Shown here: positions 39,677 to 46,523 of the stretch, piece after piece
Layout: each line of letters opens with the position of its first letter
How positions within the stretch are numbered: the stretch's first letter is position 1
Assembly (NCBI GenBank): GCA_049322915.1
Contig: JBMOPW010000039.1
Coordinates: 1 to 46,523 of the forward strand
DNA length: 46,523 bases
Reading direction: 5' to 3'
Source of the DNA: Candidatus Zhuqueibacterota bacterium
GTDB taxonomy: Bacteria; Zhuqueibacterota; Zhuqueibacteria; Thermofontimicrobiales; Thermofontimicrobiaceae
The notes under the pieces: model-generated
What the model was told of the DNA's origin: nothing
The model's database searches: none
Seen by the model: only the letters and a program-made list of their open reading frames with translations
Program-made: the position numbers and the translations under genes

Positions 39677-40942
39677 ATGAAATTACGCTCTATTAAAAAC
39701 ATTCAAGACATTGTCGATTGGGGCTTGTGCTGTGGCTGTGGGGCGTGTTACTTTACATGCACCAGAGGAGCAATTCAGTTAATTAATGTTATCTCGGTAG
39801 GGATACGACCGATCGTCGACAATTCACTGTGCATAAGCGATTGTACCAGTCTCAATTATTGCCCGGGCTATTCGGTGGATGCACAAGGTATGAGACAATT
39901 TAACAATGGATCTGAAGATAATATTTATTTTGGTCCAACACTTGAAATTTGGGAAGGATATGCAGCGGACCCTGATATCCGCTTTTCGGCATCATCGGGG
40001 GGTGCATTATCGGCACTTTCACTATATTGCTTAGAAAAAGAAAATATTCAATTTGTCCTGCACACAGGGATGAATCCTGACGTTCCCTGGGAAAATAATA
40101 CAATAACAAGTAGGAATAGGGTTCAATTATTAGCGCGAACAGGTTCGCGTTATTCTCCATCATCGCCGTGTGACAGTATCCGACTGATTGAAGAAAATGA
40201 TGAACGATGCGTTTTTATCGGTAAACCGTGTGACGCATCTGCGATGATGAGCATCAGAGAAGAGTATCCCCAAGTGCTTGAAAATGTGGCTTTAATGCTT
40301 ACTTTTTTCTGCGCCGGGGTTCCTAGCACTCTGGGCACGCTTGAATTGATTAGAAAAATGAGTGCTAATGAGCAGGAAATATCCAATGTGCGCTATCGAG
40401 GCAAAGGATGGCCAGGTGATTTCCAATTGGATTTTAAGGACAATCGTGATCAGAAAGGTATGACCTATTTTGATAGCTGGCATCAACTTCAAAAATTTCG
40501 CTCGCTGCGTTGTCATTTGTGCCCGGATGGTTTGGGGCAGATTGCTGATATTTCTTGTGGAGACGCCTGGTATAAATATTCTAAAGAAAGCAAGAGTTTA
40601 GGTGAATCGCTGATATTAGTCCGGACAGAAAAAGGAAGGGAATTCCTTCATCGGGCGATGGAGGCAGGGTATCTTATTGCTAAAAAATCAAATGCTTCGA
40701 ATGTCATTAACTCACAAGGATTGATTGGGCGAAGAAAAGAATTATTTGGAAGATTAGTCGCTCGATGTATATTTTTTTTACCTATCCCCAACTTCGCAGG
40801 TTTTGAATTATATAAATCCTGGAAAAGTTTAAGCATGCTTAAAAAAATTTCAAATGTCCTTGGATCGATACGGCGCATTCTGTTGAAGGGGCTGTGGCAT
40901 AAAAATCGTTCGGGCGCTGTTATAAAGAATTTGTCAAGGTGA
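39677..40942 (+). CDS. FrhB/FdhB (coenzyme F420 hydrogenase beta subunit)-like Fe-S flavoprotein
   Basis: N-terminal CCGCGAC...C ferredoxin motif, SSGG, GSRY, FIGKPC, FFCAG, YRGKGWPG, RCHLCPD, and ADISCGDAW. Confidence 0.87.
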   Translation: MKLRSIKNIQDIVDWGLCCGCGACYFTCTRGAIQLINVISVGIRPIVDNSLCISDCTSLNYCPGYSVDAQGMRQFNNGSEDNIYFGPTLEIWEGYAADPDIRFSASSGGALSALSLYCLEKENIQFVLHTGMNPDVPWENNTITSRNRVQLLARTGSRYSPSSPCDSIRLIEENDERCVFIGKPCDASAMMSIREEYPQVLENVALMLTFFCAGVPSTLGTLELIRKMSANEQEISNVRYRGKGWPGDFQLDFKDNRDQKGMTYFDSWHQLQKFRSLRCHLCPDGLGQIADISCGDAWYKYSKESKSLGESLILVRTEKGREFLHRAMEAGYLIAKKSNASNVINSQGLIGRRKELFGRLVARCIFFLPIPNFAGFELYKSWKSLSMLKKISNVLGSIRRILLKGLWHKNRSGAVIKNLSR

Positions 40943-40946
40943 AAAT

Positions 40947-41921
40947 GTGATTGCTGCCTCAGTTATCATCGTGAATTGGAATACAAAAGAAATGCTGTTA
41001 TCCTGCATTGATTCAATATATCAGCATTCCTCCGATATTGAATTTGAAATCATTGTTGTAGATAATGATTCTACAGATGGTTCACAACATGCAGTGAAGA
41101 AACAATTCCCAGGAGTAAAGCTCATTTGCAATGATAAAAATGTCGGATTTGCCAGAGCAAACAATATTGGTATTCGCGCAAGTAGTGGTCGTTATGTATG
41201 TCTTGTCAATTCAGATATAGAAGTATTGGATAATGTAATTTTTAAATTGGTCTCTTTTTTAGAAAGCAATGCTCGTGTCGGTATTGTGGGGCCGAAAACA
41301 GTGAACCCTGACTTTTCAACACGTTACAATTGCAGGGAATTACCAACAGTTAGAAATGCGTTTTTTCAAGCGATTTTTTTTGACACACTATTCCCTTCAG
41401 TGAAAATATTCCGCGGCAGGACAATGTATTCATTCGACTACAATCAAATACTCCCCGTTGAAGTATTGTCGGGATGTTTTCTGGTAGTGAGAAATGAGGT
41501 GATTAAAAAAGTTGGCCTTTTGGATGAAAATTTTTTTATTTATGGGGAAGACGTAGATTGGTGTAAACGTATTTCGGATGCTGGTTGGGAGATTTTTTTC
41601 TATGGAGATACACAGGTTATTCATTACGCAGGATCGAGTTCGTCAAAAAAGAAAATTAGGTTTTCGCTGGAACGGTTAAAATCTGATTTATATTTTTGGA
41701 AGAAACATCATTCGATCCTTGAAAGAGCACTTTTTATTTCAATTATATATTTGAAATTTATCATACGCCTCATTGGTTGGACCCTCGTATACGTTGTTAA
41801 ACCATCAAAAAGTAACGTGTCCAATATCATGAGAAGCTACTTGCTTCAAACGATTTGGCTAACCTGGTTTCGGAAATATAGCCCAGCAGAATTTTTAGAC
41901 TTTCAGAAAATTAAAAATTGA
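40947..41921 (+). CDS. Glycosyltransferase family 2
   Basis: IIVNWNT, VVDNDSTDGS, NVGFARANN, VNSD, and FIYGEDVDWC. Confidence 0.92.
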   Translation: MIAASVIIVNWNTKEMLLSCIDSIYQHSSDIEFEIIVVDNDSTDGSQHAVKKQFPGVKLICNDKNVGFARANNIGIRASSGRYVCLVNSDIEVLDNVIFKLVSFLESNARVGIVGPKTVNPDFSTRYNCRELPTVRNAFFQAIFFDTLFPSVKIFRGRTMYSFDYNQILPVEVLSGCFLVVRNEVIKKVGLLDENFFIYGEDVDWCKRISDAGWEIFFYGDTQVIHYAGSSSSKKKIRFSLERLKSDLYFWKKHHSILERALFISIIYLKFIIRLIGWTLVYVVKPSKSNVSNIMRSYLLQTIWLTWFRKYSPAEFLDFQKIKN

Positions 41922-41959
41922 TATCTCACCAATTCTATTATTAGCTCCAGCAGATTTCA

Positions 41960-43060
41960 ATGGTACGATCGCCTACCGATAAAAACGGAATTCTTTCTGA
42001 AATAGACATAGTCCCACTGAGGGAAGCGGATCTGCAGGATGTTGCTGACCTCATACAGGCGATGCATCCAGTATCTCAGGATATATTGTTATTGAGATCC
42101 CATAGCAGAGACTATTATCACTGGATGTATTATCAAAATCCTGCCGGTAATGCTTTTGTTTTTGGCGCGAGGCATGAAGGGAGATTGATCAGTTGTTTTG
42201 CCATGGCCCCAAAATGGTTTAAAATTGACAGGAGCGAATTGTTGTGCGGCAAAACAATGGACATGTTCACCCACCCAGATTATCAAGGACTAGGGTTGAT
42301 GAATATTTTAGCCTCAAAAGTATTTGAAACAGCACAAAAATCTGGTATCACATTTTGGTTTGTAACTCCGTCAAAGAATTCCTACCCAATTTTCCTGAAT
42401 AAATGGCAATATGTCGAGAGCTTTGAATTAACCTACCGGTTTTCTGTATTGAATTTTAAGCCATTGCTTGAAAAATTAATTACACCAAGTGCATTTAGTC
42501 GAATTATTGGTACGATGATAAATGCGACAAGAAGTATGAATGTGCTACCAAAGAATTCTATCAAGCAGATTGAAGTTCATCCTGTGAATGAATTTACAGA
42601 AGAAGTCGATATTTTGTGGGCCAATTTTCATTTGAACCATCCAGTCATACAAATTCGCAATTCGAAGTATTTAAACTGGAGATATTTGGCCAATCCAGAT
42701 TCGTATGAAGTGTATGATTTTAAAAAAGCTGGAGCGCTTATTGGCATTATTGTATTAAAACAGACTATTCGCAATGGCCTAAGAATCGGTGAAATAGTCG
42801 ATTATCTATTTCTGGATAACAATAAACAAATCCTTCGAATGATGCTAATATGGGCGAAGAGGCATTTTCAAAAAGCGGGGTGCGCTGTTGTACAATGCTG
42901 GGTTATTAACTCATCATTGATGGAAAAGAAGATTATGAATGCTGGTTTGAAAAAAAAACGAAAGCAGCTAAAAATATTATTAAGTCCAAACGTTCCTTCC
43001 TCCTCTGTCTATGACAAAAATAATTGGTTCATAACTCAAGGTGATGGGAATGATATCTAA
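41960..43060 (+). CDS. GNAT family N-acyltransferase (tandem GNAT-like)
   Basis: THPDYQGLGL acyl-CoA-binding motif and YLNWRY. Located inside the EPS locus. Confidence 0.78.
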   Translation: MVRSPTDKNGILSEIDIVPLREADLQDVADLIQAMHPVSQDILLLRSHSRDYYHWMYYQNPAGNAFVFGARHEGRLISCFAMAPKWFKIDRSELLCGKTMDMFTHPDYQGLGLMNILASKVFETAQKSGITFWFVTPSKNSYPIFLNKWQYVESFELTYRFSVLNFKPLLEKLITPSAFSRIIGTMINATRSMNVLPKNSIKQIEVHPVNEFTEEVDILWANFHLNHPVIQIRNSKYLNWRYLANPDSYEVYDFKKAGALIGIIVLKQTIRNGLRIGEIVDYLFLDNNKQILRMMLIWAKRHFQKAGCAVVQCWVINSSLMEKKIMNAGLKKKRKQLKILLSPNVPSSSVYDKNNWFITQGDGNDI

Positions 43061-43212
43061 TTGATTTTGACACCAATGGTTGTGTTTTTACTAAATGAAT
43101 CTTAACAGAACGGCCCAGCAATAGATATTAACAGTGTATGCTCTTTTTGCTGTTAAATAGACAAATTGTTTACAGTCCTTTGATTGATAAAAATTTTTTA
43201 TTAAAAGGTAAG

Positions 43213-44388
43213 ATGCGTAGAGTCTGTGTAGTTGTTTTTTCATATTTCCCAGATGACCCTCGAGTTAAGAGAGAGACGGACGCATTGGTTCAAGAAAAGA
43301 TGCAAGTGGTCGTACTTTGCCTGTGTCACAAAAATGAGAAAAGGGAAGAGTATGTTCATGGCGCGCGAATTATTCGTATGAACTTACAACGGAAAAGACA
43401 TAGCAAGTTTCGATATCTTTTTGAATATTTTGCATTCATATCGTGGGCAACGATAAAAACTATTCGTTTGTCATTCACTCGAAAATTCAATTTAATGCAT
43501 ATTCATAATATGCCCGATTTACTAGTGATCTCAAGTGTCTGGCCCCGTATATTTGGGGCCAAAGTGATTCTTGATTTACATGATCCCATGCCTGAAGTAT
43601 TTATGTCGAAATATAATATTGATCGCTCACACGTCGCTATTCGATTTCTTGAATTACTGGAGCGTTTTTCAATTCGATGTTCTGATATCGTTCTGACCCC
43701 GAACATTGCTTTTAGAAAATTATTTATCGCACGCGATTGTCCGCCAGAAAAAATATTTATTATTATGAATTCCCCTCAGAATGAAACATTTGAATCGGCA
43801 AGGGCAAGTGTAGCAGAAGATTTTAATCTGAAGGACAGAAGATTTAAACTGATGTATCATGGCACTATTGTGGAACGGCATGGACTTGATTTAGCCCTTG
43901 AGTCAATTGCCATATTAAGGGAAAAGATACCTATGATATCTTTTCATGTTTTTGGTTCGGGTGATTGCTTTGTTAAGAAATTTTTATCATTGATAAAGGA
44001 ATTGATGCTAGAAGACATCGTGGTTTATCATGGTTTCGTTCCATTAAAGAGAATTGCCCAAATAATAAAGTTTATAGATGTTGGTATAATACCAAATCGT
44101 CTGACCCCATTTACCGATATCAATTTGCCGACGAGAATTTTTGAGTATTTATACCAAAAAAAACCGGTGATTGCTCCAAAAACCCAAGGAATACTTGATT
44201 ATTTTGATGATGATTCATTATTTCTATTCAGGCCAGGATGTGTGGACAGTTTGACAGAAACAATCACAAAAGTGTATGAAGACGTTACGAATCTGAAGAG
44301 AGTCGTTGAACAGGGTTACGGAGTCTATTGCAGGCATTGTTGGGATATCCAGAAATCAAATTTTATAAGATTAATCGATAGAATTTAA
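43213..44388 (+). CDS. Glycosyltransferase family 4
   Basis: DPRVKRE, HIHNMPD, DLHDPMPE, YHGTI, and LPTRIFEY. The ORF is open from 43138, with the likely start at 43213. Confidence 0.9.
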   Translation: MRRVCVVVFSYFPDDPRVKRETDALVQEKMQVVVLCLCHKNEKREEYVHGARIIRMNLQRKRHSKFRYLFEYFAFISWATIKTIRLSFTRKFNLMHIHNMPDLLVISSVWPRIFGAKVILDLHDPMPEVFMSKYNIDRSHVAIRFLELLERFSIRCSDIVLTPNIAFRKLFIARDCPPEKIFIIMNSPQNETFESARASVAEDFNLKDRRFKLMYHGTIVERHGLDLALESIAILREKIPMISFHVFGSGDCFVKKFLSLIKELMLEDIVVYHGFVPLKRIAQIIKFIDVGIIPNRLTPFTDINLPTRIFEYLYQKKPVIAPKTQGILDYFDDDSLFLFRPGCVDSLTETITKVYEDVTNLKRVVEQGYGVYCRHCWDIQKSNFIRLIDRI

Positions 44389-44491
44389 TTATAGTCATTC
44401 CCTCAAATTAAAGCTTATTTTGTTAATGACTCATAAAGGATTTACAAAGATGCAGGCAGGATATGCTGTAACATACAATGGTTGAAAAATA

Positions 44492-44507
44492 TGGCACTGA
44501 CTTTGCA
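44492..44507 (+). promoter_or_regulatory. sigma54 (-24/-12) promoter
   Basis: TGGCACTGACTTTGCA matches TGGCAC-N5-TTGCA, 57 nt upstream of the next ATG. Confidence 0.6.
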
Positions 44508-44564
44508 AAAGAAAAATGTGTAAAATTCTATTGGATGAATTAACTTGAAAATGGGAGATGCATT

Positions 44565-45866
44565 ATGAAGAATGCCATATTTTATTTTTATGTAGTCATG
44601 CTTATATTTTCAGTCAATGCACATGCAGCAAACCGTTATATTCGTTCTGATGCGACTGGAAATAATAGTGGGGCAGACTGGTTAAATGCTTACACATCAT
44701 TTCCATCCAGTCTTATCCGTGGAGATAAATACTATGTAGCTGATGGTACATATAGCGGGTACCATTTTGACGATGCGGAGCAAGACACGCATTCTATTTA
44801 TATTATGAAAGCCACAGAATCAGAACATGGTACTAACACTGGGTGGCAGCCTGGTTTTGGTGATGGTGTTGTATATTTTACAAACACCCTTTATTTTGAA
44901 AGTGATTATTGGATTCTTAACGGAATTATTGGCTCGCAAACAACACCTTGTGGAATGAAAATAACGACATCAAATGCAACTTCAGATTCAAAGCTGTTAC
45001 AGTTCAACAATTCAGCTTCGAATATAAAAATTTACTATATTGAAATGGAACATTGTGGAGAAGATAATAATTATAGGCAGGATATAGTATACTGTAACAC
45101 AAGTTCTACCGACATATTAATTTCCCATTGCTATATGCACAATGTCAACAGGAATATCTTTACAATTTCTGGTGGTTCCAATTGGATCATCGAGTACAAT
45201 ATCATAGCAGATAGACATACAAATAGCGATATTCATGGTCAACATATTCAAGGTGGGCCTTCGCTTACATCATACATCACGATTCGATACAATATTTTTA
45301 GAAATTGTCGAGGAACTGGGTATATAGTTCCGCTGGACAATAATCACCATCACTGGTATGTTTTTGGTAATTTATTTTATACCACAAATCTTGATCGATA
45401 TGGATCAAGTAGTGGATTATTCGGCGATACCACTGGTGATGAATGTGATTACATGTATTTTTATAATAACACTGTTATCGACCAGGGGGCTATGAACAAT
45501 GGTGTTGATTTTCACAAGATAAATCCAATAGAAATATGCTCATTTAATAATTTATTTTATAATGCCACAAGTGGTGATTTTTTTAATAACGGTGAGAACG
45601 ACTATAATTTATATGATGATTTAGAAGCAGCCAATAGTCTCGAGAATGGTCAGTATTGGCCTTCTGAACAATCAGATCTGTTTATTGATTATCTCAAGGA
45701 TGATTTTCAATTAAATTCTTCTACAGAAAGCGGTAAGATTTTACCCGATGAATATAAATTAGATATGAATGGAAATGTACGAGGAGCTGATGGAAATTGG
45801 GATAGAGGAGCTTTTGAGTATGATACACAAAAAGTTACCCCAAAGAACTTCAGATTTTTACGTTGA
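44565..45866 (+). CDS. Secreted right-handed parallel beta-helix protein with choice-of-anchor Q-like C-terminus
   Basis: Signal peptide, GNNSGADWLNA, Asn-rich PbH1-like repeats (IEYNII, IRYNIF, VFGNLF, FYNNTV), and DMNG...RG...WDRGAFEY. RBS GGGAG. Confidence 0.75.
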   Translation: MKNAIFYFYVVMLIFSVNAHAANRYIRSDATGNNSGADWLNAYTSFPSSLIRGDKYYVADGTYSGYHFDDAEQDTHSIYIMKATESEHGTNTGWQPGFGDGVVYFTNTLYFESDYWILNGIIGSQTTPCGMKITTSNATSDSKLLQFNNSASNIKIYYIEMEHCGEDNNYRQDIVYCNTSSTDILISHCYMHNVNRNIFTISGGSNWIIEYNIIADRHTNSDIHGQHIQGGPSLTSYITIRYNIFRNCRGTGYIVPLDNNHHHWYVFGNLFYTTNLDRYGSSSGLFGDTTGDECDYMYFYNNTVIDQGAMNNGVDFHKINPIEICSFNNLFYNATSGDFFNNGENDYNLYDDLEAANSLENGQYWPSEQSDLFIDYLKDDFQLNSSTESGKILPDEYKLDMNGNVRGADGNWDRGAFEYDTQKVTPKNFRFLR

Positions 45867-45907
45867 CATATTCAATTGAAATTAGCAGGATAGCAATCAA
45901 GATGGGC

Positions 45908-46258
45908 TACTATTCAGGCTTCTATACTTGCTCAAAGTCACAAAGTTACAAGAAGATGTCAATTTCATTTTCATTCCCGGGTCGACTCTAAAAAGCCTTA
46001 AAAGGCTTTGATACGTTGGTTAAGATATCGGCTCCACGTCATCAATGACGTGGCGATTCATTGAAAAAGTTAAAAGTCAGACACCTTGAATAGCCCTGAC
46101 TTTTGAGTCGGGGAACAGAAATTTACTTTCAATTTTTGGGTGTTAGCCCTTTATTAGCGCAGACGCATTTTTATACTGTGATAGTTAATTTTATTTTTAA
46201 AATTAAGTTCGTTTTTTTAGAATCGATAATTTTGGTATAATGTTTTTTTGTATTTGAG
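45908..46258 (-). repeat. Right copy of the ~330-bp element (inverted relative to 137-469; carries a 20-bp insertion at 46013-46032)
   Basis: The reverse complement aligns with 137-469 over its whole length. Confidence 0.9.
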
Positions 46259-46369
46259 ACTATGTGGCTGAATAGTTTCCAAGATGGATTCCAGCAATGA
46301 CAAAAATCTAAAGATCAATGCACAGTTGTGAATAACTAAGACTAAAAAAAGTAACTATAATGCTTCAGA

Positions 46370-46523
46370 TGGAATTGGAATTTTCCTCTAAATTTCTTAT
46401 ATTAAAAAAAATCAAACAGGAGGAAAATCCATGGCTAATAAAAGACGAACATTTACACCGGAACAAAAAGTAAAAATATTAAAAGAACACTTACTCGACC
46501 ACAAACCTGTTTCTGATATTTGC
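46370..46523 (+). mobile_element. Left end of a probable IS3-family insertion sequence
   Basis: TG-initial candidate IR TGGAATTGGAATTTTCC at 46370, followed by an RBS and a transposase-like ORF. Confidence 0.55.
46431..46523 (+). CDS. Transposase OrfA (HTH_Tnp_1-like), truncated by the window end
   Basis: AGGAGG RBS. Translation MANKRRTFTPEQKVKILKEHLLDHKPVSDIC has the RRxFTxExK pattern of IS3-family OrfA. Confidence 0.75.
   Translation, partial: MANKRRTFTPEQKVKILKEHLLDHKPVSDIC

Noticed and set aside
39677..40942. FrhB-like gene as evidence of F420 hydrogenase or methanogen-type metabolism
   Set aside because: No catalytic hydrogenase subunits are nearby, and the context is polysaccharide modification.
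137..46258. The whole window as a composite transposon or genomic island bounded by the inverted repeats
   Set aside because: The interior holds core genes (rpsT, guaB), the copies are substantially diverged, and no cognate transposase or integrase lies inside. Two independent copies of a dispersed element is the simpler explanation.
46245..46275. PHSL(K/R)(Y/H) reading across the two repeat copies, reminiscent of the tyrosine recombinase HxLRH motif
   Set aside because: It only appears when both copies are combined, and the downstream residues lack the LLGH and catalytic Tyr pattern.

Overview
Chromosomal segment, probably from an FCB-superphylum bacterium such as KSB1 or a Calditrichota relative (inferred from the C-terminal QNYPNPFN/FlgD-Ig sorting domains). 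The GC-richer left part (about 0.5-28.8 kb) carries CYTH, MBL hydrolase, a secreted GH52, a ChoD-like GMC oxidoreductase, a SpoU methyltransferase, DUF4392, a 1600-aa S8-like surface protein, a lipoprotein/beta-barrel pair, rpsT and guaB. It also carries a five-gene convergent cluster (FemAB-ACP fusion, MBOAT ending FIYFQF, SGNH protein, adenylation enzyme, BtrK/LysA-type PLP decarboxylase) that looks like a Dlt-like envelope aminoacylation system with on-carrier decarboxylation. The AT-richer right part (about 29-46 kb) is a Wza/Wzc exopolysaccharide locus whose priming sugar transferase is fused to a degenerate GGDEF domain with an intact RxxD I-site. Non-coding highlights are a ~300-nt promoter-to-terminator structured RNA candidate upstream of the GMC gene, a degenerate 21-bp tandem array inside the EPS locus, and two diverged inverted copies of a ~330-bp palindrome-rich element at the window ends, each next to an apparent IS end. 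All family calls come from motif recognition by eye, not database searches.
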